From NCBI GenBank assembly GCA_965204745.1, contig OZ242010.1, positions 4,352,001 to 4,416,000 of the forward strand: a DNA stretch of 64,000 bases. Direction: 5' to 3'. Positions 45,784-56,200 of this stretch are shown here, in pieces (the stretch's first letter is position 1; every line of letters begins with the position of its first letter). Source of the DNA: Candidatus Latescibacterota bacterium. Its GTDB lineage: Bacteria > Latescibacterota > UBA2968. The notes under the pieces are model-generated. The model was not told where the DNA came from, ran no database searches, and worked only from the letters and a program-made list of their open reading frames with translations. A program made the translations under genes and the position numbers.

Positions 45784-46755
45784 ATGAATCAACTCATCCA
45801 TCAAGACGGTCGCGCCATGCCCCTCGCGTCTGTGGCAGTGTGGGAGGAAAAGCGCGAGCGCGTTCTCGAGGCCGCGCAAGAAATTATGGGGCCTTTTCCG
45901 GGCGACGAGAAGCGGTGTCCGCTCGCTGTGGAAGTGGCCGAGGAAGTCGATTGCGGGAGCTATGTGCGGCGGTTGATCGCGTATGCGTCTGAACCCGGCA
46001 ACCGGGCGCGGGCGTATTTGCTCATCCCAAAACGCGCTTTGGATGGGCAGGCGTGTTCGGCTGTCCTGTGTTTGCATCCCACGCACGCGGTGTTGGGATC
46101 TAAAACGGTGGTGGGATTGGGCGACCGTCCGAATCGCAACTATGCCAGCGAATTGGCAGCGCGCGGTTTTGTCACCCTCGCGCCATCCTATCCGATGCTG
46201 GCAGACTATTGGCCCGATGTGTTTGGGTTGGGGTACGAAAGCGGCACGATGAAGGCGATTTGGGATAATGTGCGCGCGATTGATCTGCTGGAAACCCTAC
46301 CTTATGTCAAGCGCGGCCCCGTCGGCGCGATAGGGCATTCGCTGGGCGGGCACAATGCGGTTTATACCGCTGTTTTCGAGCCGCGCATCGGCGTTGTGGT
46401 GTCGAGTTGCGGGTTGGATTCATACCTGGATTACAAAGACGGCGATCTCGCGGGCTGGACGCAGGATCGGTATATGCCCAAGTTGCGGGCGTACGCCCAC
46501 CGGCTGTGGGAGATTCCCTTTGATTTTCACGACTTGATCGCGGCCTTGGCCCCGCGGCCGTGTTTTCTTGCCGCGCCCTTGCGCGATAGCAATTTTAAGT
46601 GGCAAAGCGTGGATGCCGTTGCCTGTGCCGCGGCCCGCGTGTACGCGCTTTATGGCGCCTCGGAAAATCTGATGGTGGCACACCCCGATTGCGAACACGA
46701 TTTTCCCAATGCGATGCGCGAACAGGCGTATTGCTCGGTTGAAAAACACCTTTGA
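45784..46755 (+). CDS. Alpha/beta hydrolase (dienelactone hydrolase/esterase-like)
   Basis: GHSLGG nucleophile elbow; C-terminal HDF. Confidence 0.85.
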   Translation: MNQLIHQDGRAMPLASVAVWEEKRERVLEAAQEIMGPFPGDEKRCPLAVEVAEEVDCGSYVRRLIAYASEPGNRARAYLLIPKRALDGQACSAVLCLHPTHAVLGSKTVVGLGDRPNRNYASELAARGFVTLAPSYPMLADYWPDVFGLGYESGTMKAIWDNVRAIDLLETLPYVKRGPVGAIGHSLGGHNAVYTAVFEPRIGVVVSSCGLDSYLDYKDGDLAGWTQDRYMPKLRAYAHRLWEIPFDFHDLIAALAPRPCFLAAPLRDSNFKWQSVDAVACAAARVYALYGASENLMVAHPDCEHDFPNAMREQAYCSVEKHL

Positions 46756-46774
46756 GTCATCGATAGGAGACCCC

Positions 46775-48046
46775 ATGCAAAGCAAAGTCGCCGTTCTCCG
46801 CACTGCGCCGCGGACGGTTTTTGAAGATTATTATCGCCTGCTCAATCTGGCGGATTATCGACAGGTGATTGCCAAAGATGTGGAAACCGCGCTCAAGATC
46901 AACATCTCTTGGCACTTCTTCTACCCCGGCAGTTCCACGACGCCGTGGCAACTCGACGGGGTTATCCGCGCCATGAAACGGGATGGCTACAATCGAGACC
47001 TGATGCACGCCTGCCACAACCGCACCGTGGTCATTGACGCGCATTTGGGCGAGCGGGAAAACAAACACCTGCCGGTTGTCGAAGCGCACGGCTTAAAAAA
47101 CATCCATCTCTACGAGGGCGAAGACTGGATCAATGTGCGCGATGCCGTGGGCGATTTGACCGAAAAATTTCTCTGTCTCAACGAGGTCTATCCCAAGGGC
47201 TTTCAGATTCCCAAACGCTTTCTCGGGGAAAACATCATCCATTTTCCCACGGTAAAAACCCACGTTTTTACCACCACCACAGGCGCGATGAAAAACGCCT
47301 TTGGCGGCTTGCTCAACGAGCGGCGGCACTGGACGCATCCCGTCATTCACGAGACCCTGGTCGATTTGCTGATGATCCAACAAAAAATCCACCGCGGCGT
47401 CTTTGCCGTGATGGATGGCACGTTTGCAGGCGACGGGCCGGGGCCGCGCTGTATGATTCCGCACGCGAAAAACGTCATCCTCGCCAGCGCGGATCAGGTC
47501 GCGATAGACGCGGTCGCGGCCAAAATGATGGGCTTTGATCCGCTGTCGATCAAATACATCCGCCTCGCGCACGACCTCGGCCTCGGTTGCGGGGACCCCG
47601 CGCAAATCGAAATTGCGGGCGACGCAGACGCCGCAGAAGAAAATTGGCACTTTGTCGGGCCGTACAACAAAATGACCTTTGCCTCAAAAATGCAGCACAA
47701 GATCTATTGGGGCCCCCTCAACAAGCCCATCGAATGGTCGCTCAAAACCGTCCTCGCGCCGTGGGCCTATCTGGCTTCGGTGCTCTACCACGACAGTTTT
47801 TGGTATCCCTTTCGCGCCAAGGCCAAAATGCGGGATGTGCTCAACAGCGATTGGGGCCGCCTTTTCCGCAACTGGGAACACCTCACCCCAGACGCGCAGG
47901 GCTTTCCCCATGTGGGCGATACCGCGTCCGAACTCAAAAAAACGGGCCTGCGCGCTTTTTGGGATTCACTCGGCATCTTGGGCACTTGCATCACCGAAGC
48001 CCCCGAGTTCCTCCGCGCGCGCAGAAAAGCCGCGCATCGCGGCTAA
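46775..48046 (+). CDS. DUF362-domain protein
   Basis: LKIN, PTVKTH, TGAMKNAFG, DGTFAGDGPGP and DQVAIDAV motifs. Confidence 0.85.
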   Translation: MQSKVAVLRTAPRTVFEDYYRLLNLADYRQVIAKDVETALKINISWHFFYPGSSTTPWQLDGVIRAMKRDGYNRDLMHACHNRTVVIDAHLGERENKHLPVVEAHGLKNIHLYEGEDWINVRDAVGDLTEKFLCLNEVYPKGFQIPKRFLGENIIHFPTVKTHVFTTTTGAMKNAFGGLLNERRHWTHPVIHETLVDLLMIQQKIHRGVFAVMDGTFAGDGPGPRCMIPHAKNVILASADQVAIDAVAAKMMGFDPLSIKYIRLAHDLGLGCGDPAQIEIAGDADAAEENWHFVGPYNKMTFASKMQHKIYWGPLNKPIEWSLKTVLAPWAYLASVLYHDSFWYPFRAKAKMRDVLNSDWGRLFRNWEHLTPDAQGFPHVGDTASELKKTGLRAFWDSLGILGTCITEAPEFLRARRKAAHRG

Positions 48047-48124
48047 AGAGAACAGAGGCGCGCAAACACAATAGGCGGATGATCGCGAGGATCATCCGCC
48101 TATTCTATTTCGCACGGGGAACGG

Positions 48125-49036
48125 TCACATGACGAGGCTTTGGCGCGCCAAGTGCCAGTCTTCGATGTGGTTGAGCACGACCGCAGAGCGCAGGTCGTTG
48201 ACGAGGTTGCCGTGGATACTCTGCGATTCCCGTCCCAGAGTGGCGCGAATCTTTGTGCGTTTGGCGTCGTTGTGGATGCGGTTGCACAAGTAGTCATTCC
48301 ATTCCGCAACGGCCTGCGCCGGGATTTGCCCGCCGCATTGTTCGCGCACCCAGGCTTCAAAATCGAGATAGGACGGCATCTCCTTGAAGATGTAAGCTAT
48401 TGTGGCGTCGATGTCGAGGTTCAAAGCGCGAAGCACGCGCGGGTCCAAGCCATTGTCCGTCATGTGGGGGTAGTCCGGATGCAGTATGCCCTTTGCCTTG
48501 AGGATGATTTTGTACCAGGTGCGGGGCAGTTGGCGCACGCCCAAGGGGCCAAAGTCGATGGTGGCGACGAGCGGCACGACCGATCCGGCGAGTGCGGGAA
48601 GGTCGCGCTTGTAAAACAACTGCCAGTCCTGAAGGCTGTTGAGCACGGTTGCAGACGTGATGCCCGCATCTTGTGGCAGGCCCGTATCCGCGTAAGTTTC
48701 CTCTATTTTTGCCTCGCGGTGGCGGCGCGCACGGACGGACGCATTCCAGCGCACGATGGCGTCTCGTTGGTCAAAGCCCCAAAACGCATCGCCCTTTTGA
48801 TCGAGAATCCACGCTTCAAAATCCAAGTATGACGGCATCTCGCCGCGCAAATAGGCGAATGTGGCCTCGCGGTCCAAGCCGAGCACCTCGAAAACTCGGC
48901 GGTCGAGGCCATCGCTGAAGTCGGGATAGGCGGCGTCCAAAACGCCTGCCGTGCGCGTGAGCACCTTCCACCATGTGCGGGGCAGTTGACACGCGCCGAG
49001 CGGGCCGTAAGCGAGGCTACTGATCAAGGGGATCAT
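48125..49036 (-). CDS. Protein with two tandem DUF5069-like domains
   Basis: Internal duplication GPLG..QLPRTW.K...YP...GLD.RV...PSYLDFEAW...LN...DW; AAGGAG RBS. Confidence 0.65.
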   Translation of the reverse strand: MIPLISSLAYGPLGACQLPRTWWKVLTRTAGVLDAAYPDFSDGLDRRVFEVLGLDREATFAYLRGEMPSYLDFEAWILDQKGDAFWGFDQRDAIVRWNASVRARRHREAKIEETYADTGLPQDAGITSATVLNSLQDWQLFYKRDLPALAGSVVPLVATIDFGPLGVRQLPRTWYKIILKAKGILHPDYPHMTDNGLDPRVLRALNLDIDATIAYIFKEMPSYLDFEAWVREQCGGQIPAQAVAEWNDYLCNRIHNDAKRTKIRATLGRESQSIHGNLVNDLRSAVVLNHIEDWHLARQSLVM

Positions 49037-49204
49037 GGATATGCTCCTTTTGGTTTTTTGGTGATATGCGACATTGTTGCGACTCCGCAAATACACGCGC
49101 AGGTGCGAGCACAGGGAGTCGGATGTTGGGAAAGACGGGATCCCTGTGCCTGTCCCCGCATCCAATCTCGCCATCTTCATCTGTGGCGGTCAAGGAACAG
49201 GCTT

Positions 49205-52200
49205 TCATTGGAAGTGGGAGTCGGGATAGAGGCTTCGGATGAAGGGTTCAATTTGTTGAGCGGTCGTGCGCGTAGCCTGTTGCTCGATGACGTTCCCTCT
49301 GAGGAGGGCCTCGTTCCGGAAGAAGAGGACGTATCGAATGATCAGGATTATATCCGAGAACAGCCTCACATCGCCATCGCCATCCACATCGAGAATGTTC
49401 TGATTGACCAATATGTCGAGGTAGGGTTCAATTTCTTGAGCAGTCGTACGCGTAGCCTGTTGCTCGATGACGTTCCCTCTGAGGAGGGCCTCTTCCCGGA
49501 AGAAGAGGACGTATCGAATGACCAGGATTATATCCGAGAACAGTCTCACCCGGCCATCGCCATCCACATCCAAGTTGGCACTCGGGGTTTCGTCATCGGT
49601 AATGGTCAGGGTCACGTCCGAGGGATCGTTGATGCCTTGGGTGTTGTTTGCGGTTGCAGACACCGTGACCGTCTTCTCGTCTGCCCGGGCGTCGTTGTCC
49701 ACGGCGGTGATCGTCACGGTGCCCGTGCTCGTCGTCTCACTCGCCGCGATGATCAGCGTGTCTGCACTCGATAGCGTGAAGTCGCTCGCAGTTGCAGGCG
49801 ACACAGCCTCCGCTGAAACAGTGATCGTCGTAACCGCGCTCGATGGATGCGATAGGGTCGCGCTCACCGTTGAAACCCCGCCGTTTTCCGAGATGGACGA
49901 GGGCATCAGCACCAACGTCACGGTCGGCGCGACCTCATCGTCTGTGATCGTCAATGTCACGACAGACGATAGCGACGCCATATTGCCACCCGCCACCGTC
50001 GCAGACACGGTCACGCGCTTGTCCGGCGCATCGGTCGTATCGTTCACTGCGGTGATCGTCACGCTGCCCGTGCTCGTCGTCACATTCGCCGCGATAGTCA
50101 GCGTGGTCGCACCCGATAGCGTGAAGTCACTCGCCTCCGCAGGCGACACAGCCTCCGCTGAAACAGTGATCGTCGTCGCCTCGGTCACGGTGCGATCCAG
50201 CGTCGCTGTGATCGTCGAAACCGCACCATTTTCAGAAATCGACGCCGGAGACAAAACCAACGTCACCTGCGGCACTTCGTCATCGATAATCGTCAGCGTC
50301 GCATCAGTGACCGATCCCGCGCCCACGCTGTTGCCCACCGTGCTCGACACGGTCACCGTCTTGTTCCCCGAAGTCACGGCGTTATCCACCGTCGTGATCG
50401 TCACGGTGCCCGTGCTCGTCGTTTGCCCCGCCGCAACGAGCAGCGTGTCCGCCGTGCTCAGCGTGTAATCGCCTGCAACAGCAGGTTGCACAGGCGTCAC
50501 GGAAACCGTGATCGTCGTCGCCGCGCTCGACGGGTGAGACAGGGTCGCCGTCACGGTCGAAATCGCGCCGTTCTCCAAAATCGACGCAGGTGCCACCGCC
50601 ATCGTCACTGTCGGCGCAGGGTCGTCGTCCGTGATCGTCAAAGTCGCACTGGTCACGCCCACGCCTTGGTCGTTGCTCATTACACCGGACACGGTCACAC
50701 GCTTGTCCGGCGCATCGGTTGTATCGTTCACCGCTGTGATCGTCACGATGCCCGTGCTCGTCGTCACACTCGCCGCGATAGTCAGCGTGTTCGCGCTCGA
50801 TAGCGTGAAGTCGCCTGCCACCGCGTCCGCGACCGTGATCGTCACCGCCGCGTTCAACGCTTTATTCAATGTTGCTGTCACAGTCGTCTGATTGGTTGGG
50901 CCACTCTCGTTGATCGTCGAGGGCGTGAGCACCAATTTCACCGCAGTCTGTGCGGCAAATTGCGCGGTGGTGTCCATACCGGAATACTTCAAGACCGGAT
51001 ACTGACTCGACGTGCCAAAGGTCCACGGATCGTCGTCGCCCGGTTGCCCGTCCAGGTTCTGGTTCCAATTCATGTAGATGTCGGTGTAGCCGGTGGGGGT
51101 TTGCAATACGCTGGTGGTCTTGCCCTCCGGCGCGGCATCGCCGGCGTCGTCGGCAATGCCGGTGCTTGCGGTGTTCCAATAGCTGTCGGTCACAATGGCG
51201 GCGGCAGATTTCGCCACAATAAACCCGGTGTTTGTGGTGGCGTCGCCGGTGGCTGTGACGTTGCCGATGGCGTAGGTGGCGTTTATTGAACTTACGTTTG
51301 TGCTGTTGCTGGCGAATGCGCCTATCAGTGCGCCTGCATACGCTCTGCTACTTGTGCCGGTGGCGGAGGAAGATACGTTACCTATGGCGTAGGCTGAGTT
51401 AATCGCGCTGGCTGCGCTGGCCGGGGTGGAAGTGGCAGCTATGAAGCCCACCAGTCCGCCGGTGTAACTTATGGAATTTGCGCCGGTGGAGGAGCCAGTA
51501 ACGGTGCCGGTGGCGTAGCCGCCATTTAGCGTCGCGCTTAGCATGTACCCCAGCAACCCGCCACCCATGACCCTGTTGCTATTGGGGCCGGATCCCGTGA
51601 CATTGCCGGTGGCATAGCTCGAGGTGACCGTGCCATTTCTTATTAGTTCTCCCACCAGTCCACCGAAGTAAATTCTGTAGTCGGCGGTGCCGACGACGTT
51701 GCCGGTGGCGTGGCTTGAGGTAATGCCTGCCTCTGCTCGCCCTACCAAGCCGCCAATTCTCAAGGATATTTCATCAGAACCGGTGGTGGCATTGACATTG
51801 CCGGTGGCGCGGCTTGAATTTATCCCACTTTGGGATCTTCCCACCAGACCGCCAACCATCGCCTGGGCATCGTCGGCGGTAACGGTGACGGTGCCGGTGG
51901 CGTAGCTTGAGGTAACGGTGCCCTTGTTCCGCCCCATCAAGCCGCCGATCTGTACAGTATTAGATTGCGGTGGTGAACCAACATAGGAGTCGGCGAGATT
52001 AACGCTGACGTCGCCGGTGGCGTAGCTTGAGGTAACGGTGGCACTTTGCCCCATCAAGCCGCCGACAGATATGTCTGCCCTTGCATGCGGAGCAGTGCCG
52101 GGGACTGTGGAATGAACGGATACGGTCACGCTGGCGTAGCTTGAGGTAACGGAGTCGACGGCGCCGACTAAGTCCGCCCCGATTAGACCGCCGGTGTAGT

Positions 52201-52891
52201 GCTGTCCACCGGCACCGGCGCCCGTGGGATAGTGGAAGGTGGATGAGACGGTGCCGGTGACGTGGCATCCGCTCACTCTGATGCCTTGCCCGCCCCCCAC
52301 CAGCGCGCCTACATAAGCTTTGTAGGCCGTGCCCGATATATCTACATTGGTCAGCCCCACATTCCGAATAGTTGCGCCCCTTACATACCCGAACAGCCCT
52401 ACGGGCATGTAAGGGGTATCTGTTGTGGTGCGGTTGATATACAGGGCGTTGATAGTGTAGTTGTTGCCCTCAAATATGGCGGTGAAGTTCAAATGGGAGA
52501 AAATGTAGGTAGCGCGAGCGATAGGCGTCCAGCCTGCGCCGCCGTTGTAGTAGTGGTCGCCGCTGTCTTTGCCATCGTCGTCGCCGTTGGCGTCGAAGTT
52601 CAGATTGTTCATCAGTTCGTAGCCGTTACAGCCAGTGGCCGGGCAACCCATGTTCGAGGTGGGGTTGGAGAAGGCGGCGACGTAGGCCGTGGAGTCGGTT
52701 GCCGAGGCGCTTGTATCCACCACGCCATCGCCGTTGAGGTCCCAGCGAATGGCATTCAGTTGCGCCAAGGTGGTGATGTCAATCAGGCGGTCGTTGTCCG
52801 AATCGTAGTCGGTTTGGGCAAAAGCCGGCCCCGATGCCACCAGCATGACCAGCGCGACCAGGGCCAACAAGTGAGCGTAGCGGGATGTCAT
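49205..52891 (-). CDS. Secreted surface protein: GLUG/ZmpB-like beta-helix head, Calx-beta/Ig-like stalk, duplicated dockerin-like C-terminus
   Basis: Signal peptide (AFA/Q); VGGLVG...SSYATG repeats; TLTITDDD repeats; 2x LDVDGDG.VRLFSDIIL. Confidence 0.88.
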   Translation of the reverse strand: MTSRYAHLLALVALVMLVASGPAFAQTDYDSDNDRLIDITTLAQLNAIRWDLNGDGVVDTSASATDSTAYVAAFSNPTSNMGCPATGCNGYELMNNLNFDANGDDDGKDSGDHYYNGGAGWTPIARATYIFSHLNFTAIFEGNNYTINALYINRTTTDTPYMPVGLFGYVRGATIRNVGLTNVDISGTAYKAYVGALVGGGQGIRVSGCHVTGTVSSTFHYPTGAGAGGQHYTGGLIGADLVGAVDSVTSSYASVTVSVHSTVPGTAPHARADISVGGLMGQSATVTSSYATGDVSVNLADSYVGSPPQSNTVQIGGLMGRNKGTVTSSYATGTVTVTADDAQAMVGGLVGRSQSGINSSRATGNVNATTGSDEISLRIGGLVGRAEAGITSSHATGNVVGTADYRIYFGGLVGELIRNGTVTSSYATGNVTGSGPNSNRVMGGGLLGYMLSATLNGGYATGTVTGSSTGANSISYTGGLVGFIAATSTPASAASAINSAYAIGNVSSSATGTSSRAYAGALIGAFASNSTNVSSINATYAIGNVTATGDATTNTGFIVAKSAAAIVTDSYWNTASTGIADDAGDAAPEGKTTSVLQTPTGYTDIYMNWNQNLDGQPGDDDPWTFGTSSQYPVLKYSGMDTTAQFAAQTAVKLVLTPSTINESGPTNQTTVTATLNKALNAAVTITVADAVAGDFTLSSANTLTIAASVTTSTGIVTITAVNDTTDAPDKRVTVSGVMSNDQGVGVTSATLTITDDDPAPTVTMAVAPASILENGAISTVTATLSHPSSAATTITVSVTPVQPAVAGDYTLSTADTLLVAAGQTTSTGTVTITTVDNAVTSGNKTVTVSSTVGNSVGAGSVTDATLTIIDDEVPQVTLVLSPASISENGAVSTITATLDRTVTEATTITVSAEAVSPAEASDFTLSGATTLTIAANVTTSTGSVTITAVNDTTDAPDKRVTVSATVAGGNMASLSSVVTLTITDDEVAPTVTLVLMPSSISENGGVSTVSATLSHPSSAVTTITVSAEAVSPATASDFTLSSADTLIIAASETTSTGTVTITAVDNDARADEKTVTVSATANNTQGINDPSDVTLTITDDETPSANLDVDGDGRVRLFSDIILVIRYVLFFREEALLRGNVIEQQATRTTAQEIEPYLDILVNQNILDVDGDGDVRLFSDIILIIRYVLFFRNEALLRGNVIEQQATRTTAQQIEPFIRSLYPDSHFQ

Positions 52892-52997
52892 TTCAGCCTC
52901 CTCTCGGGGGGATACACTGTACCGATCATCCTAATGGATTGTGCGGAAAAAGCAACCACGGATTGATATGGTTCAACGCTTAATTCGCATGACTTGC

Positions 52998-53040
52998 AGA
53001 AAAGCCCGGAGTCATTAGCGACCCCGGGCTTTTGTTTTTT
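52998..53040. terminator. Intrinsic terminator between the two surface-protein genes
   Basis: AAAAGCCCGG...CCGGGCTTTT. Confidence 0.7.
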
Positions 53041-53235
53041 GCGCCGTGTGCGTGCCCATCTGCTCCGCCTATCCGCCGTGCGGCCTCACCCCGCCACCCG
53101 TGCATTCCACTCCTGTCCCCATCCCGCCGTGTGCGTGACCCCCGACCTCGCGCCCCAAGGGGCCAGCGATCAGTTCAGTTCCACCTACCCTCCATCACCC
53201 GCCATCTTCATCTGTGGCGGTCAAGGAACAGGCTT

Positions 53236-56200
53236 TCATTCGAAGTGAGAGTCGGGATAGAGGCTTCGGATGAAGGGTTCAATTTCTTGAGCGGTCGTGC
53301 GCGTAGCCTGTTGCTCGATGACGTTCCCTCTGACGAGGGCATCTTCCCGGAAGAAGAGGACGTATCGAATAATCAGGATTATATCCGAGAACAGTCTCAC
53401 ATCGCCATCGCCATCCACATCGAGAATGTTCTGATTGACCAATATGTCGAGGTAGGGTTCAATTTGTTGAGCAGTCGTACGCGTAGCCTGTTGCTCGATG
53501 ACGTTCCCTCTGAGGAGGGCCTCTTCCCGGAAGAAGAGGACATATCGAATGACCAGGATTATATCCGAGAACAGTCTCACCCGGCCATCGCCATCCACAT
53601 CCAAGTTGGCACTCGGGGTTTCGTCATCGGTAATGGTCAGGGTCACGGGTGCGGGTGCGGTGATGCCTTGGGTGTTGTTTGCGGTTGCAGACACCGTGAC
53701 CGTCTTCTCGTCTGCCCGGGCGTCGTTGTCCGCTGCGGTGATCGTCACGGTGCCCGTGCTCGTCGTCTCACTCGCCGCGATGATCAGCGTGTCTGCACTC
53801 GATAGCGTGAAGTCGCTCGCAGTCGCAGGCGACACAGCCTCCGCTGAAACAGTGATCGTCGTGATCGCGCTCGACGGATGCGACAGCGTCGCGCTCACCG
53901 TGGAAACCTCGGCGTTTTCCGAGATGGACGAGGGGGTGAGCACCAACGTCACGTCCGGCGCTTGGTCATCGTCCGTGATCGTCAGGGTCTCGGAAGATGA
54001 TAGCACCGCCATATTGCCACCCGCCACCGTCGCAGACACGGTCACGCGCTTGTCCGGTGCATCGGTCGTATTATTCACCGCTGTGATCGTCACGGTGCCC
54101 GTGCTCGTCGCCACATTCGCCGCGATAGTCAGCGTGGTCGCACCCGATAGCGTGAAGTCACTCGCCTCCGCAGGCGACACAGCCTCCGCTGAAACAGTGA
54201 TCGTCGTCGCCACGGCTACGGTGCGATCCAGCGTCGCTGTGATCGTCGAAACCTCGGCATTTTCAGAAATCGACGACGGAGACAAAACCAACGTCACCTG
54301 CGCCGCTTCGTCATCGATAATCGTCAGCGTCGCATCAGTGACCGATCCCGCGCCCACGCTGTTGCCCACCGTGCTCGACACGGTCACCGTCTTGTTCCCC
54401 GAAGTCACGGCGTTGTCCACCGTCGTGATCGTCACAGTGCCCGTGCTCGTCGTTTGCCCCGCCGCGACGATCAGCGTGTCCGCCGTGCTCAGCGTGTAAT
54501 CGCCTGCAACAGCAGGTTGCACAGGCGTCACGGAAACCGTGATCGTCGTCGCCGCGCTCGATGGATGCGACAGGGTCGCCGTCACGGTCGAAATCGCGCC
54601 GTTCTCCAAAATCGACGCAGGTGCCACCGCCATCGTCACGGTCGGCGCGGCGTCATCGTCCGTCAGCGTCAAATCAGCCCCGGTCACACTGCCCACGCCT
54701 TGGTCGTTGCGCGCCATACCAGACACGGTCACGCTACGATCAAGTTCGTCTTGGGCGTTGTCCACCGCAGTGATGACCACCGTGTCCGACGCGTTCGCCA
54801 TTTGCCCGGCTGCAATGGCAATCGTCGAATCCGCCCCCACCGCGTAAGCACCAGCCACAGGGCGCACCGTGATCGTCGTCGCCGCGCTCGATGGGTATGC
54901 CAGCGTCGCTGTCACGGTGCTCACACCGCCGTTCTCCGAAATCGACACGGGCATCAGTGCCAACGTCACTACCGCGGGTTGTAGCGTAAATTGCGCGGTG
55001 GCGTCCAGACCGGCATACTTCAACACGGGATACTGATTCGTCGCGCCAAAGTTCCACGGATCGTCGTTGCCCGCTTGTCCGTCCAGATTCAGGTTCCAGT
55101 CGGCATAGATGCTACCGACGGTATAGCCGGTGATGCTTTGGAGGGCACTGGTGGTTTGAGCGCCAGTGGTGCTGCTACTGGTGCCAGCGGTGGTGGTCTG
55201 CCCGGTGGTTTGGGTGTCCCAGTAGCTGTTGGTCATCGGCGTGGCTGAACCACCCTGTTCTCCCGCCAGGCCGCCGGTGGCTGTGGTGCCGGTGCTGGTG
55301 TTGGAAACAGCGCCGATAGCATAGACGGCGGTTATCGAGTTGGCGTCATTGACCTGCACGCGGCCTGTCAGACCGCCCGCTTTGACGCCGGTGCCGCTAC
55401 CAGAAACGTTCCCGGTTGCGTAGCTGGCGCGCAGGTATTCGCCACCATCGAGATTTATCTCCCCCATCAGGCCGCCCACTTTGAGGCTTTGGATGGTGGT
55501 GGCACCGGTGCCGGTGCCACTACCGGAAACGTTCCCGGTCGCGTAGTTGGCGAAGCTGGAACCTCCCATTCTCCCTATCAGGCCGCCCACTCTACCTCGG
55601 CCGGTGGCTGTGACATTCCCGGTCGCGTAGCTGACGCTGACCCGGACAGTGGAATAACCGATCAGGCCACCGGCGGTGACGACGTCGCTCCCGGGCCCGG
55701 AGCTGGTGACCGTCCCAGTGGCGTAGGTGGAGTCGACGCTACCGCTCACATCGGATTCCCCGATCAGGCCGCCGAGGTTAAGCACATTGTTGTTCGTTCC
55801 GACCACATTGCAGGTGGCGTAGCTATCGCTGATGGTCCCATTGGAGTAGCCCAACAGACAGCCGATATAGCCGAAACTGCCACTGCCGGTGGTGTGGGTT
55901 ACGGAGCCGCCGGCAATGTAGCTCCCACGCACCGTGCCGCCGGCACTGAGTTTCCCCGCCAGAGCACCGGTTCGGCCAAAGTTAGTGCCGGTGGCAGTGC
56001 GGGTGTTGGTGATATTCACGTCCAACAAGCCCACATCTCTAATCGTGCCGCTGACATCGCCGAACAGACCGACGAAACTGCCGCCGGTGGCGGTGCTGGT
56101 GCTAGAATTGATAAACAAGTTGGAAATGGTGTTGTCATTGCCGTCAAAGATGGCAGAGAAGACGGTTGCAGCACCGCTGGCGTCAACACCGATGGCCGTC

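Larger units (their letters stand above)
49170..54665. repeat. ~1.47 kb direct repeat pair (49170-~50635 and 53201-~54665; offset 4031 bp)
   Basis: Near-identical C-terminal coding regions plus ~35 bp of 3' flank; antisense ORFs at 49467/53498 and 50423/54454 mirror each other. Confidence 0.92.

Noticed and set aside
49170-54665. Diversity-generating retroelement TR/VR pair
   Set aside because: Both copies are long coding C-termini, the differences are not adenine-specific, and no reverse transcriptase is in the window.
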